The notes below the pieces were generated by a model. The model saw only the letters and a list, made by a program, of their open reading frames with translations, was not told the origin of the DNA and searched no databases. From Acidobacteriota bacterium (lineage in GTDB: Bacteria > Acidobacteriota > UBA890 > WLXD01): a stretch of 64,000 bases of DNA. The position numbers and the translations under genes were made by a program. Of this stretch, positions 17,354-28,432 are shown one piece after another; position 1 is the first letter of the stretch; the number at the start of each line of letters is the position of its first letter. The DNA lies in contig CBDFKD010000002.1 in assembly GCA_965248695.1 (NCBI GenBank), positions 5,280,001-5,344,000 of the forward strand. The letters run 5' to 3'.

Positions 17354-19435
17354 ATGCAGCTAGAGGAAGGGGTCCTGGCTGTTCCCGGAGTCGGGCCACG
17401 CCGGGTCGAGCAACTGCGACGCGCTGGCGTTCTGACCATCGGTGACTTGCTGACGTTTCTTCCCCGCCGCTATGAAGACCGCTCGCGAGTGGTCCGCGTC
17501 GCCGATCTGGTGGTCGGCGAGCCGGCATGTGTCGACGTCGTCGTGCGCTCGTGCCGACGTGCGGGACGACCGGGCCGGCGCTCACGCGCCGAATTGAAGG
17601 CCGACGACCCCACCGGCTCGATCGCCGCGGTGTGGTTCAACCAGGGCTACGTGGTCGATCGGCTGGCCGTGGGCAGCCCGATCAGGCTGTACGGACGTCC
17701 GCTGACGCACGAGGGCGGCCTGCAGATGGTCAATCCGGCGCTTGCGGTGGAGGTTGATGATGGCGAGGAGTCGCCGCACATGGGCCGCCACGTACCGATC
17801 TACTCGAGCGCTGGGGGACTCGGCTCAGGCTCGCTGCGGCGTTTGCTTGCCGCCAGCCTGGAGGGACTCGACGAGGTGTCCGATCCACTGCCGGACGGCA
17901 CCATCCGATCGCATCAGCTGCTGGACCTGCGCAGCGCCCTGAGGGACGTCCACTACCCGCCTCCGGACAGCGACCTGGATCTGTGGAATGCCCGCCGTTC
18001 GCCGGCCCATCGGCGCCTCATCATCCAGGAGTTCGTCGACTACCAGGCAGCGCTCATGCTGCAGCGCCGTCGTGCCGCCAGCGAGCCGGGCTTCGCGCGG
18101 CGGATCGGCGCGCCGGTACGCCGCCGTGTCGAGGCAGCGCTGCCGTTTGAAATGACAGCAGCACAGAGGCGGTGCGTCGACCAGATCATGGGCGACCTCT
18201 CGGAACCCGGTGCGATGCATCGGCTACTACAAGGCGACGTGGGAAGCGGCAAGACGGCGGTGGCCGCCTGCGCCATGTTCGCGGTGGCGGTGCACGGCGA
18301 ACAGGCAGCCTTGCTCGTTCCGAGCGCCATTGTGGCCGATCAACACGCCCGCACGCTGCGGGCGTGGGGTGAGAGTCTCGGAATCGAGGTGGCGGCCCTG
18401 ACGGCATCGACCGAGGCGCCTCGGCGACGCGAGATTCTCGCGGCGCTGGAGCAGGGCGATTGTCGCATCGTCGTCGGTACACAGGCTTTGCTCCAGCCAC
18501 GCGTGCGCTTCGCGCGCCTCGGCCTGGTCGTGGTCGACGAGCAGCACCGGTTCGGTGTAGCTCAGCGTGCGATGCTGGGATCCCGCGGCCGCCGTCAGCA
18601 GGCCCAGCCGGACCTGCTGGTCATGACCGCGACACCGATTCCCCGCAGCCTGGCGCTGTCTTTGTACGGCGACCTTGACGTCAGCCAGATCGACGAGCTG
18701 CCGCCCGGACGGAGCCCGACGACGACGCGTTGGCTGCGCGGCAGCGAGCTCGACGAGATCGATCTGGAGCTGCGACGGGTAGCGGCAGCGGGGGAGCGTG
18801 CCTTCGTCGTTGCGCCGCGCATCGAAGACATCGACGACGGCTGTATCTCCGCCGTGGAGCTGGCGCGCCAGTTGAAGGGACGCAACCCGGCGCTCTCCTT
18901 TGGCCTCGTCCACGGTGACATGGATGCGGATAGCAAGGCGCAAGCGATGCACAGCTTCACTTCCGGAGCGACTTCGGTGCTGGTGGCGACCACGGTCATC
19001 GAGGTCGGAGTAGACGTCCCGGAGGCAACGCTGATGGTGATCGAGGGCGCCGAGCGCTTCGGTCTGGCGCAGCTACATCAGCTGCGCGGCCGCGTCGGAA
19101 GAGGAGCGCGTCCCGGTAAGTGTTGGTTGGTACCGCGCGGCAACGTCACTGACGCGGCGGCACAGCGATTGCGTACGCTCTGCGACACCAGCGACGGGTT
19201 TCGCATCGCCGAGGAAGATCTTCGCCTCCGTGGCCCCGGCGAGATCCTCGGAACCCGGCAGGCCGGACCGGTCGAGCTCCGCATCGGCGATCCCTATGCG
19301 CACGCCGACTGGTTCGAGGAAGCTCGCGATATCGCGCGTGCCCTGGTGGACGGTACGGACGCGGCGGCAACCGGCTACCGTGATCGCTTGCGCGACGCCT
19401 GGCGTACGCGTATGCGGCTGGCCCGCGCCGGCTGA
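17354..19435 (+). CDS. recG: ATP-dependent DNA helicase RecG
   Basis: PRRYEDR, LQGDVGSGKT, DEQHRFGV, MTATPIPR, QLRGRVGRG, DL.LRGPG. Confidence 0.97.
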   Translation: MQLEEGVLAVPGVGPRRVEQLRRAGVLTIGDLLTFLPRRYEDRSRVVRVADLVVGEPACVDVVVRSCRRAGRPGRRSRAELKADDPTGSIAAVWFNQGYVVDRLAVGSPIRLYGRPLTHEGGLQMVNPALAVEVDDGEESPHMGRHVPIYSSAGGLGSGSLRRLLAASLEGLDEVSDPLPDGTIRSHQLLDLRSALRDVHYPPPDSDLDLWNARRSPAHRRLIIQEFVDYQAALMLQRRRAASEPGFARRIGAPVRRRVEAALPFEMTAAQRRCVDQIMGDLSEPGAMHRLLQGDVGSGKTAVAACAMFAVAVHGEQAALLVPSAIVADQHARTLRAWGESLGIEVAALTASTEAPRRREILAALEQGDCRIVVGTQALLQPRVRFARLGLVVVDEQHRFGVAQRAMLGSRGRRQQAQPDLLVMTATPIPRSLALSLYGDLDVSQIDELPPGRSPTTTRWLRGSELDEIDLELRRVAAAGERAFVVAPRIEDIDDGCISAVELARQLKGRNPALSFGLVHGDMDADSKAQAMHSFTSGATSVLVATTVIEVGVDVPEATLMVIEGAERFGLAQLHQLRGRVGRGARPGKCWLVPRGNVTDAAAQRLRTLCDTSDGFRIAEEDLRLRGPGEILGTRQAGPVELRIGDPYAHADWFEEARDIARALVDGTDAAATGYRDRLRDAWRTRMRLARAG

Positions 19436-20007
19436 TGCGGATCATCGCCGGCCGAGCGCGACGGAGACGGCTTACCGTGCCGGACCTGCCCGGCGTGCGG
19501 CCAACCTCCGACCGCGCCAGGGAAACGCTGTTCAACGTCTTGCAGCCGGTGCTCGAGGACGCCCGCGTCCTCGACCTGTTCGCCGGCACCGGCGCGCTCG
19601 GTCTCGAAGCGCTAAGCCGCGGCGCTCGCTGTGCGACGTTTGTCGACCAACAGCGGAAAGTCGTCGAAGCGCTACGGGCCAACATCGCCAGTTGCGACCT
19701 CGAAGCCGAGTGCAACGTGATCGTCGCCGACTACCGGGCCGCGTTGCGACGCCTCGGCGCCACCGATAGCGAGCCATTCGATCTCGTATTCGCCGACCCG
19801 CCGTACGGGTCCGGACGCGGAGCGGAGTGCCTGGCGCGGCTTCAGACCCATGGGCTGTGCGCTGACGATGCGCGCATCGTCCTCGAACAGCGTGAGGATG
19901 AGGCCATCGAGCTGCCGGCACCGTGGGCGCTTGTACGCCAGCTGCGAGTGGGCGACACCGTGTTTCTGATCTGCTCCCGCGTAGAGCCCGGCGGTGCGTC
20001 CTGCTAA
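19435..20007 (+). CDS. rsmD: 16S rRNA (guanine966-N2)-methyltransferase
   Basis: MRIIAG, RPTSDRARETLFN, LDLFAGTG, DPPY. Confidence 0.95.
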   Translation: MRIIAGRARRRRLTVPDLPGVRPTSDRARETLFNVLQPVLEDARVLDLFAGTGALGLEALSRGARCATFVDQQRKVVEALRANIASCDLEAECNVIVADYRAALRRLGATDSEPFDLVFADPPYGSGRGAECLARLQTHGLCADDARIVLEQREDEAIELPAPWALVRQLRVGDTVFLICSRVEPGGASC

Positions 20008-20062
20008 AGTGCGACAGTGGTCTCCGAATCGGGGGCGGAGGCGCGCAACGGGGTCCGAGACC

Positions 20063-20545
20063 GTGAACACCGCTGCTATTTATCCGGGATCGTTCGATCC
20101 CGTTACCAATGGACATCTGGACATCATCCGGCGATCCCGGGAGGTGTTCCCACGCCTGATCGTTGCGGTGCTGCGCAACTCGCGCAAAGAAGCAATGTTC
20201 TCGGTAGAGGCGCGAACGTCACTGCTGGAGCGACTCCTCGGCGATGAGGATGGGATCGAGGTGGTCAGCTTCGAGGGCCTGCTTGTCGAGGTGGCACAGG
20301 CGCGGGGCGCAAGCGTGATTATTCGCGGCCTGCGCGCCGTGACGGATTTCGAGTTCGAGTTCCAGATGGCGATGATGAACCGGCATCTTGACGGTCGGAT
20401 CAAGACCATGTTCATGGTGCCGCACGAAGACTACACCTACCTTTCATCGAGTTTGATCAAGGAAATCTACGAGCTCGGCGGTACCGTAACGGGAATGGTC
20501 CCGGCCGAGGTCGAGGAGCAGCTACGTGAGCATTTCGCCCGCTGA
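20063..20545 (+). CDS. coaD: Pantetheine-phosphate adenylyltransferase
   Basis: YPGSFDPVTNGH, RGLRAVTDFEFE, LSSS. Confidence 0.96.
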   Translation: MNTAAIYPGSFDPVTNGHLDIIRRSREVFPRLIVAVLRNSRKEAMFSVEARTSLLERLLGDEDGIEVVSFEGLLVEVAQARGASVIIRGLRAVTDFEFEFQMAMMNRHLDGRIKTMFMVPHEDYTYLSSSLIKEIYELGGTVTGMVPAEVEEQLREHFAR

Positions 20546-21743
20546 ACGGTCTGATGCCCTGCGACTCAGTCGCACCGTGTCGCGCATTGGCGCCTCGGCC
20601 ACACTTGCCGCCAGCGAGAAGGCCCGCCAGCTGCGCGCCACGGGTATCGACGTACTCGATCTCGGCCCTGGGCAGCCGGATTTCGACACGCCGGAGCCCA
20701 TCCGCGCGGCCGGCATTCGGGCGATCCGCGAGGGCCGCACCCGGTATACACCGGCGGCGGGGATTCCGGAGCTGCGCGAGGCGGTTGCCAGCTTGTACAG
20801 CTCGCGCGACGGCGTGCCCTATCGAACCGACGAGACGATGATCACCGCCGGAGGCAAGCAGGGACTGCACAATTTCTTCATGAGCGTGCTCGACCCCGGA
20901 GACGAGGTGATCATCCCGACTCCCTACTGGGTGAGCATTCCGGAACAGGTGAAGCTGGCCGGCGGAGAGCCGATCACCGTCGACACCGACGAGGCGGATG
21001 GTTTCGAGCTCCGATCGGAAACGATCGCGGCGGCGTGCACCGAACGGACTCGGGTGATCGTGCTGAACACGCCGAGCAATCCGAGCGGTGCCGTCATCGA
21101 CGCCGCGGAGATGCACAAGCTGGCCGCCCTGGCTCTCGAGCGCGGTGTGCTCCTGCTGGTCGACGAGTGCTATGCGGCACTGGTGTACGAGGGCACCGAG
21201 CACGTTACCCCGCTGAGCTTCGGCGCCGAGGCCAAGGAGATCACGGTTATCTGCGGCTCCTGTTCAAAGAGCTACGCGATGACCGGCTGGCGCATCGGCT
21301 ACCTTGCCGGGCCGCGCGAGATCATCGCCGCCTGCGTTCGCTTGCAAGGCCACACGACGTCAAACCCCGCATCGGTCAGCCAGTACGCAGCGCTCGAGGC
21401 GATGACGGGTGACCAGACGCCGGTGCGGCAGATGCTGGCGACGTTCGCCGAACGGCGCGATCGGGTGCTACCGCGAATTCGTGCCCTGCCAGGCGTCGAG
21501 TGTGTAGAGCCGAAGGGAGCTTTCTATGCCTTCCCGAACGTTTCGTCGCTCCTCTCGGAACAGCTGCCGACCTCCGCCGAGCTTGCCGACCATTTCATCG
21601 ATCAGGCACACGTGGTCACGGTCCCAGGTGTGGCATTTGGCCGCGACGGTTTCCTGCGCATGTCGTACGCCACCTCGATGGAAACGCTCGAGGCGGCGCT
21701 CGACCGCCTCGAAACAGCGTGCGCCGCGCTTGCGGCAAACTAA
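20526..21743 (+). CDS. Class I/II PLP-dependent (aspartate) aminotransferase
   Basis: G.PDF.TP, NTPSNPSG, DECY, SKSYAMTGWRIGY. Confidence 0.93.
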   Translation: MSISPAERSDALRLSRTVSRIGASATLAASEKARQLRATGIDVLDLGPGQPDFDTPEPIRAAGIRAIREGRTRYTPAAGIPELREAVASLYSSRDGVPYRTDETMITAGGKQGLHNFFMSVLDPGDEVIIPTPYWVSIPEQVKLAGGEPITVDTDEADGFELRSETIAAACTERTRVIVLNTPSNPSGAVIDAAEMHKLAALALERGVLLLVDECYAALVYEGTEHVTPLSFGAEAKEITVICGSCSKSYAMTGWRIGYLAGPREIIAACVRLQGHTTSNPASVSQYAALEAMTGDQTPVRQMLATFAERRDRVLPRIRALPGVECVEPKGAFYAFPNVSSLLSEQLPTSAELADHFIDQAHVVTVPGVAFGRDGFLRMSYATSMETLEAALDRLETACAALAAN

Positions 21744-21797
21744 CGCCACCGATGGGATGAGCGGATCGACGGGGCGCGCCGCCCAGGTGTTCGGCGA

Positions 21798-23804
21798 TTG
21801 AATCCGACCGTCGCCGGCGAACGCTTCCATCTGCAGGCGGAGTTCGAGCCCCAGGGCGATCAGCCACGGGCGATCCGGGAGCTCGAGGCCGGCCTCGCGT
21901 CGGGAGCCGCGAACCAGGTGCTGCTGGGAGTCACCGGGTCCGGCAAGACCTTCACGATGGCGCAGATCATCGAGCGGGCTCAACGTCCAGCCCTCGTCAT
22001 CGCGCACAACAAGACGCTCGCGGCGCAGCTTTATCAGGAGTTTCGCGACTTCTTTCCACCCAACGCGGTGGAGTATTTCGTCTCCTACTACGACTACTAC
22101 CAGCCGGAGGCGTACGTCCCCTCAACCGACACCTACATCGCCAAGGAAACCCTCATCAACGACGAGATCGATCGGATGCGGCACTCGGCTACGCGGTCGT
22201 TGTGGAGCCGTCGCGACGTGGTAATCGTGGCATCGGTGTCCTGCATCTATGGGCTCGGGGCGCCGGAGTCGTACTACGGGCTGATGCTGCCGTTGGAGGT
22301 GGGTGCCCGCCTGGATCGGCAGCAATTCCTGCGCCAGCTGGTGGAGTTGCACTACACACGTCGGGAACATGGTCTGGAGCGTGGCAGCTTCCGCGTGCGT
22401 GGCGAGGAAGTCGAGATCCTTCCCACCTACGGTGAGGAGGCTCTGCGGATCACCTTCGACGATACGGAGATCGTGGGCCTGGCCGAGATCGACCCGCTGA
22501 TGGGACAGACGCTGAACCAGCACGCCAAGCTGGGCCTTTTCCCGGCATCTCACTACGTCACCACCCTCGAGCGGCGCGCGGCGGCGATCGAGACCATCAA
22601 GGAAGAGCTCGACGAATGGCTGCCCCAGCTACAAGCCGAAGGCAAGATGCTCGAGGCGCAGCGGCTACATCAGCGGACGATGTTCGACCTGGAGATGATG
22701 CAAACCGTGGGCTACTGCCACGGCGTGGAGAACTACTCGCGTCACCTCACCGGCCGTGAGCCGGGCGAGCCGCCGCCGACGCTGATCGAATACCTGCCGG
22801 AGGACCACATCGTCTTCATCGACGAATCACACATGACGGTGCCGCAGCTGCGCGGCATGTACGAGGGCGATCGGTCGCGCAAGAGCACGCTCGTCAAGCA
22901 CGGCTTCCGGCTGCCCTCGGCGATGGACAATCGACCGCTCAACTTCGACGAGTTTCTGGGACTCGTCGGACAGATAGTCCACGTGTCGGCTACACCGGGT
23001 CCCTGGGAGCTGGAAGAGAGCGGCGGGGTGGTCGTGGAGCAAATCATTCGCCCCACCGGGTTGACCGATCCGGATGTCGATGTGCGACCCGCGTCAGGTC
23101 AGGTCGACGACTTGTTGGCCGAGGTGCGGGCACGGGTGGACCGATCGGAGCGCGTGCTGGTAACCACTCTCACCAAGCGGATGTCCGAGGAGCTGACCGA
23201 CTATTACGGCGATCTGGGAGTCCGCGTACGCTATCTCCATAGCGATATCGACACCCTCGATCGCATCAAGCTGTTGCGCGACTTCCGACGCGGCGACTTC
23301 GACGTGCTGGTGGGGGTGAACCTGCTGCGGGAAGGCCTCGACCTGCCGGAAGTGACGCTCGTAGCGGTGCTCGATGCCGACAAGGAAGGATTCCTGCGCT
23401 CGGCCACGGCGCTCATACAGACCACCGGCCGCGCAGCGCGAAACGTGGAGGGCAAGGTCATCCTCTATGCGGATCGCATCACCGACTCGATGCAGTTGGC
23501 CATCGGCGAGACGACGCGGCGTCGAGAGATCCAGCAGACCTACAACGACGAACACGGGATTGTCCCGGAAACCATCGTGAAGCGAATCTCCGACACGTTC
23601 GGCCAGTTCTACGCTCGCGACTACGTCGACCTGACCGTCGCTGAAGAGCCCGAGCTGCCGATGGATGGGGTGAGCATGGGCGAGCATCTCGCCGACCTCG
23701 AAAAGCAGATGCTCGCGGCAGCGGAGGAGCTCGACTTCGAACAGGCGGCGAATATCCGTGATCGCATGCAGGAGCTGCGTCGACGGCAGCTCGGCGTATC
23801 GTGA
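21798..23804 (+). CDS. uvrB: Excinuclease ABC subunit B
   Basis: [34 protein letters not shown]-terminal UVR domain. Confidence 0.98.
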   Translation: MNPTVAGERFHLQAEFEPQGDQPRAIRELEAGLASGAANQVLLGVTGSGKTFTMAQIIERAQRPALVIAHNKTLAAQLYQEFRDFFPPNAVEYFVSYYDYYQPEAYVPSTDTYIAKETLINDEIDRMRHSATRSLWSRRDVVIVASVSCIYGLGAPESYYGLMLPLEVGARLDRQQFLRQLVELHYTRREHGLERGSFRVRGEEVEILPTYGEEALRITFDDTEIVGLAEIDPLMGQTLNQHAKLGLFPASHYVTTLERRAAAIETIKEELDEWLPQLQAEGKMLEAQRLHQRTMFDLEMMQTVGYCHGVENYSRHLTGREPGEPPPTLIEYLPEDHIVFIDESHMTVPQLRGMYEGDRSRKSTLVKHGFRLPSAMDNRPLNFDEFLGLVGQIVHVSATPGPWELEESGGVVVEQIIRPTGLTDPDVDVRPASGQVDDLLAEVRARVDRSERVLVTTLTKRMSEELTDYYGDLGVRVRYLHSDIDTLDRIKLLRDFRRGDFDVLVGVNLLREGLDLPEVTLVAVLDADKEGFLRSATALIQTTGRAARNVEGKVILYADRITDSMQLAIGETTRRREIQQTYNDEHGIVPETIVKRISDTFGQFYARDYVDLTVAEEPELPMDGVSMGEHLADLEKQMLAAAEELDFEQAANIRDRMQELRRRQLGVS

Positions 23805-23826
23805 CCATCCGGCGAGCTCGAGCCTG

Positions 23827-25635
23827 ATGCCGATCGACGCCATTCGCGAGCTGGTCGGCGACCTGCCCGCCGAACCGGGTGTCTACATCTTCAAGGACGC
23901 CCGCGGTCGAAGCATCTACGTCGGCAAGGCCAACCGTATCCGCGATCGAGTGCGGTCACACCTGAGCGGCGGGCGGGAAGAGCGCCGCCAGCAGCGCATG
24001 CTCCACGAAGCCGTTGACGTCGAGGTCATCGTCACCGATTCCGAGGTCGAGGCTCTGACGCTGGAGAACAGCCTCATCAAGCAGAGCACGCCACGCTTCA
24101 ACGTGCTGCTGCGTGATGACAAGAACTACCCGTACCTGCGCCTGACCGAGAGCGAGACATTCCCTCGTCTCCAGCTCGTACGGGGTATGGAGCAGGACGG
24201 CGACGAGTACTTCGGCCCCTATATCCCCAATACCCGCGCCCGCCTCATGCAGGTGGTGGTGTACCGCAACTTCGGGCTGCGTCCCTGCAATATCGATATT
24301 GACGGCTCATGGGACCGCGCCTGTCTCTACTACGACATCGGCGAGTGCGCCGGCCCCTGCGTGCGCGCCCTGTGCGACGAAGAGCGTTACTCCGACATCG
24401 TCAACGAGGTGAAGCTGTTTCTGCAGGGGAGGGGAGAAGACCTCGAGGGCGACCTGGAGGCGAAGATGCTGAGTGCATCGTCCACTCAGCAGTACGAGCG
24501 TGCAGCGCACTATCGAGACCTCGTGGAGACGGTGCGAGCTGCATCGCGTGAGCAGAAGATGGCCTCGAAGGATCTCGGCAATCGAGATCTTTTCGCCCTC
24601 TATCGCGAGGAACAGCGGGCGGCGCTGCAGGTGTTCCTGGTGCGCGATGGTCTGGTGGTGGAGCGCCGTCAGTATTTCTGGGACGACGTGAAGGAGGTCG
24701 ACGAGCAGGAGCTGCTCACCACCAGCGTGCAGCAGTACTACCACGGCGGGACCGTGATCCCTCCGGAGGTCTGTCTGCCGATACCGCTCGAATCGGCCGG
24801 TGTGCTCGCTGAGTGGCTGCGTGAGACCCGTGGTGGCGCGGTCAAGCTTCTGGTGCCGCAACGAGGCCCCAAGCGCCGCCTGCTGGAGCTCGTGATGCAG
24901 AACGCCAAGCTTGCGTACGCGCATCGATACGAGCGTGGCGAAGCCGAGCGCGGCGCGCAGTTGTTGCAGGAACTGCTCGACCTGGACCACCCGCCACAGG
25001 TGATCCAGTGCATTGACGTCTCCAATCTGCAGGGACAGCAGATCGTCGCCAGCCTGGTCTCGCTGCGCGACGGCAAACCGGACAAGTCGAGTTACAAGCG
25101 GTTCCGCATACGCGACCTCGCGGGTCAGGACGATTACGAATCCATCGCTCAGGTCGTCCGGCGTCACTTCCAACGGGTGCTTGATGGCGAGATCGCGGCG
25201 CCCGATCTGCTGTTGATCGACGGTGGTCGTGGCCAGCTGTCGTCGGCAAGCGGAGCGTTGGTGGAGCTCGGCATGCAGCAACAGGCGGTCGCCTCGATCG
25301 AGAAGGGCGAGGAGAAGCTCTTCGTCCCAGAGCGTCCGGAGCCGGTACAACTGCAGCCCCACGCCGACGCCCTGCGGTTGGTACAGCGAGTGCGCGACGA
25401 GGCGCACCGGTTCGCGATCACCTACCACCGCTCGTTGCGCAGCAAGTCGGTCCTGCGCTCGGAGCTCGGCGAGATTCCGGGCGTCGGACCGAAGCGCCAG
25501 CGTGCCCTACTGCGGCGGTTCGGCTCGCTGGCCGGGGTGCGCAGCGCAACGGAGCCGGATCTCGCCGAGGTCGTCGGCGGCAAGCTTGCGGCGTCGATTC
25601 GAGCCGTTCTAGCACCGGCTAGAGACGCGGGATAG
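23827..25635 (+). CDS. uvrC: Excinuclease ABC subunit C
   Basis: GIY-YIG (PGVY..YVGKA), LRDDKNYPY, IDGGRGQ, RDEAHRFA, HhH. Confidence 0.97.
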   Translation: MPIDAIRELVGDLPAEPGVYIFKDARGRSIYVGKANRIRDRVRSHLSGGREERRQQRMLHEAVDVEVIVTDSEVEALTLENSLIKQSTPRFNVLLRDDKNYPYLRLTESETFPRLQLVRGMEQDGDEYFGPYIPNTRARLMQVVVYRNFGLRPCNIDIDGSWDRACLYYDIGECAGPCVRALCDEERYSDIVNEVKLFLQGRGEDLEGDLEAKMLSASSTQQYERAAHYRDLVETVRAASREQKMASKDLGNRDLFALYREEQRAALQVFLVRDGLVVERRQYFWDDVKEVDEQELLTTSVQQYYHGGTVIPPEVCLPIPLESAGVLAEWLRETRGGAVKLLVPQRGPKRRLLELVMQNAKLAYAHRYERGEAERGAQLLQELLDLDHPPQVIQCIDVSNLQGQQIVASLVSLRDGKPDKSSYKRFRIRDLAGQDDYESIAQVVRRHFQRVLDGEIAAPDLLLIDGGRGQLSSASGALVELGMQQQAVASIEKGEEKLFVPERPEPVQLQPHADALRLVQRVRDEAHRFAITYHRSLRSKSVLRSELGEIPGVGPKRQRALLRRFGSLAGVRSATEPDLAEVVGGKLAASIRAVLAPARDAG

Positions 25636-25644
25636 CATCACGGG

Positions 25645-26295
25645 ATGGAGGGAGCCGGCCTCATCGTCACGCAAATCGTCGCCCTGCTGTTCGCGATCTC
25701 GTTTCACGAGGCGGCACACGCGTGGTCGGCCGACCGGCTCGGCGATCCGACAGCGCGGCTGTTGGGTCGGGTGACTATGAACCCGATCGCCCATATCGAT
25801 CCGTTCATGACGATCCTGTTTCCCGCCATGATGATGTTCGCTGGCCTGCCGCCGTTCGGCGCCGCCAAGCCGGTACCGGTCAATACCGCCAACCTGGCGC
25901 ATCCGAAGCGTGACCACGCCTGGATCGCCGCGGCGGGGCCGCTCAGCAACGTGCTCCTGGCGGCAATTTGCGTTGTCCTGATCCGCCTGATGCGCGCCAA
26001 TCAAGAGGCCCTGGTCGCCGCCGTTACGGCCAGCGTCTTTCTGCCGGTGCTCCAGCTGCTGGTGGCGTCGCTGCTGATCAACCTGTTGCTGGCGGCGTTC
26101 AACATGTTGCCGATCCCGCCCCTCGACGGTTCCTGGATCCTGTCGGCCACTCTGTCAGGACCTGTGGAGCGGTTCTACCGCTCGATCCAGCCATATGGCT
26201 TCTTCATCCTGATCGCCTTGATATGGCTGGGTGCGCTGCGGGTGTTCATCCTGCCCGTGATCCGATTCGGACAGGTCCTTGCAGGTCTCGGCTAA
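25645..26295 (+). CDS. Site-2 protease family (M50) membrane metalloprotease
   Basis: HEAAH, AGPLSN, FNMLPIPPLDG. Confidence 0.93.
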   Translation: MEGAGLIVTQIVALLFAISFHEAAHAWSADRLGDPTARLLGRVTMNPIAHIDPFMTILFPAMMMFAGLPPFGAAKPVPVNTANLAHPKRDHAWIAAAGPLSNVLLAAICVVLIRLMRANQEALVAAVTASVFLPVLQLLVASLLINLLLAAFNMLPIPPLDGSWILSATLSGPVERFYRSIQPYGFFILIALIWLGALRVFILPVIRFGQVLAGLG

Positions 26296-26312
26296 ACACG
26301 GGCGGTCGGAAG

Positions 26313-27080
26313 GTGCCTGACGCGCATACGAACCCGTTTCACGTTCACACGACTTCGTTCGACGGACCGCTCGATCTGTTGCTCCACCTGGTTCGGCGTC
26401 ACGAGGTGCCGATCGAGCAGGTTCCGTTGGCGGAGATCACCAGTGCCTATGTCGAGACACTCGACTTCATGGGCGAGATCGAGTTGGAGCCAGCGGCCGA
26501 GTTCCTCGAGGTCGCCGCCACCCTAGTGCGCTTCAAAGCGCGAGCGCTCCTGCCGCGCCCGGCGTTGCCCGAGGATCCGGAACTGGCCGCCCAGGAAGAG
26601 ACGGCGCTACTACAGCAGCTCGTAGAGCATCAGGTCGTCCGACTGGCGGCGCAACGATTGCGCCATCGCGAGAACCAGGCGGCCGGGGTCTGGTTCCGAG
26701 GCGAAGCCAGTCCGGCAGGTATCGAGGCGACCGAAAACGAGATCGTCGAGGCCGACCTGTTTACCCTGGTAACGGCCTTCCGCAATGTCCTCGCCGGGCT
26801 CGCGGAACCGACGCCGTTCGAGGTTCCGCGCGAGGAATTCTCGGTAGCCGACTGCTCCGCCGAGATCCGTTCTAAGCTCGCCGGCGGCCACCCCATCCCC
26901 TTCGGAGATCTTTTCGAGTCGGGCGCGCCGCGCGGCAAGCTGATCGCCACATTCCTGGCACTGCTGGACCTGATTCGCGGCGCCGAGGTGCGCGCCTACC
27001 AGGACGGACCGCTAGGAGCCATCCTGGTGTTTCCCGGCGACGCTGTCGATAGCGCCAGTTCCAGCGAGCCCTCAGCATGA
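26313..27080 (+). CDS. scpA: Segregation and condensation protein A (kleisin)
   Basis: FDGPLDLLLHL, TFLALLDL. Confidence 0.92.
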   Translation: MPDAHTNPFHVHTTSFDGPLDLLLHLVRRHEVPIEQVPLAEITSAYVETLDFMGEIELEPAAEFLEVAATLVRFKARALLPRPALPEDPELAAQEETALLQQLVEHQVVRLAAQRLRHRENQAAGVWFRGEASPAGIEATENEIVEADLFTLVTAFRNVLAGLAEPTPFEVPREEFSVADCSAEIRSKLAGGHPIPFGDLFESGAPRGKLIATFLALLDLIRGAEVRAYQDGPLGAILVFPGDAVDSASSSEPSA

Positions 27081-27649
27081 CCGATTCGTCCGTCTCCAAA
27101 GCGCTCATCGCCGGCGTCGAGGCCGTTCTGTATGGTGCGGATGAGCCCGTCTCCGAGGATAGGCTCCTCGAGGTGATGCGCACGTCGAGTACCGGCACCG
27201 GCGCCGACGAGATCGCGGTGGAGACGCTGCGCTCAGCGTGTCTCGAGCTCGAAGAGAGCTACCGAGTCCGCGGATCGGCGCTGCAGGTGGTGGAGATCGC
27301 CGGCGGTTATCGTCTCGGTACTCGAGCCCGATTCGATCCGCTCATTCGTGGACTCCGGCAGGTAGAACGGCCTACGCAGCTCTCCATACCGGTACTCGAG
27401 ACCTTGGCGGTAGTCGCCTACCGGCAGCCAACGACGATGGCCGAGATCCACTCAATCCGCGGCAAAGACCCGGGCGCCTCGCTGCGGCGTTTGCGAGACC
27501 TGGGCCTCGTGAGGATCACCGGCAGGCGCCGGGCGGTCGGACGTCCGTTCACCTATGGCACGACCACCCGCTTCCTGGAGCTCTTCGGGCTCCGCGACCT
27601 CAAGGAGCTTCCCTCGGAGGAGGAGTTCCAAGAGCTGCTCGAAGCCTGA
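27077..27649 (+). CDS. scpB: Segregation and condensation protein B
   Basis: EAVLY, LETLAVVAYRQP, GRP..YGTT..FL..FGL. Confidence 0.94.
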   Translation: MTDSSVSKALIAGVEAVLYGADEPVSEDRLLEVMRTSSTGTGADEIAVETLRSACLELEESYRVRGSALQVVEIAGGYRLGTRARFDPLIRGLRQVERPTQLSIPVLETLAVVAYRQPTTMAEIHSIRGKDPGASLRRLRDLGLVRITGRRRAVGRPFTYGTTTRFLELFGLRDLKELPSEEEFQELLEA

Positions 27650-27661
27650 CCCGCCCCCTCG

Positions 27662-28432
27662 ATGACCGCGGCACGGTTGCAGAAGCTGATCGCTGATGCG
27701 GGGGTAACGTCACGCCGCAAGGCGGAGGCACTGGTCGTTGGCGGCCATGTGACGGTCAACGGTGCCGTGGTCTCCGATCTCGGTGCCAAGGCCGATCTCG
27801 AAGTCGACGAGGTACGCGTCGACGGCCGCTCCCTGTCACGGGCGCAACGGATCTACCTGGCGCTCCACAAGCCGGCCGGGGTGGTCAGCTCGGTCGACGA
27901 TCCGCACGCGGAACGTGTGGTCATCGATCTGCTGGGTGAGGAGATCACCGAGCGCGTCTTTCCGGCGGGCCGGCTCGATCGCGACAGCGAGGGCCTCATG
28001 TTGCTCACCAACGATGGCGAGCTCATGCAGGCGATAACCCGTCCGGGTGGTCCGGTGGACAAGGTGTATCGGGTGCACGTTCGGGGCGCTCCTGCCGCCG
28101 CCGATGTCGATCGACTGCGCACCGGTGCCGAACTCAACGGTCGGCGTCTGCTACCGTGCACGATCGAGCCGCTTGCCTCCTGCTCGCCGGATCATTCCGC
28201 GTTCCGGGTCGTGCTGCACGAGGGGAAGAAGAACCAGATCCGACGGATGTTCGGTGATCTCGGTCACCGGGTCGAGAAGCTGGTCCGCACTCGGATCGGA
28301 CCGATCACACTCGGCGACCTGCGCGCCGGTGCGTACCGGCCGCTCAGCAAACGCGAAGAAACGGTGTTGAAGCGACTGGCCCTACTGGCCCGTATTAGAC
28401 CAGCAGAATACTCGGAACGCGAACAACGGTGA
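27662..28432 (+). CDS. rluB: rRNA pseudouridine synthase (RluB/RsuA family)
   Basis: S4 domain RLQK...SRR, GRLD, EGKKNQIRRM; follows scpB. Confidence 0.88.
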   Translation: MTAARLQKLIADAGVTSRRKAEALVVGGHVTVNGAVVSDLGAKADLEVDEVRVDGRSLSRAQRIYLALHKPAGVVSSVDDPHAERVVIDLLGEEITERVFPAGRLDRDSEGLMLLTNDGELMQAITRPGGPVDKVYRVHVRGAPAAADVDRLRTGAELNGRRLLPCTIEPLASCSPDHSAFRVVLHEGKKNQIRRMFGDLGHRVEKLVRTRIGPITLGDLRAGAYRPLSKREETVLKRLALLARIRPAEYSEREQR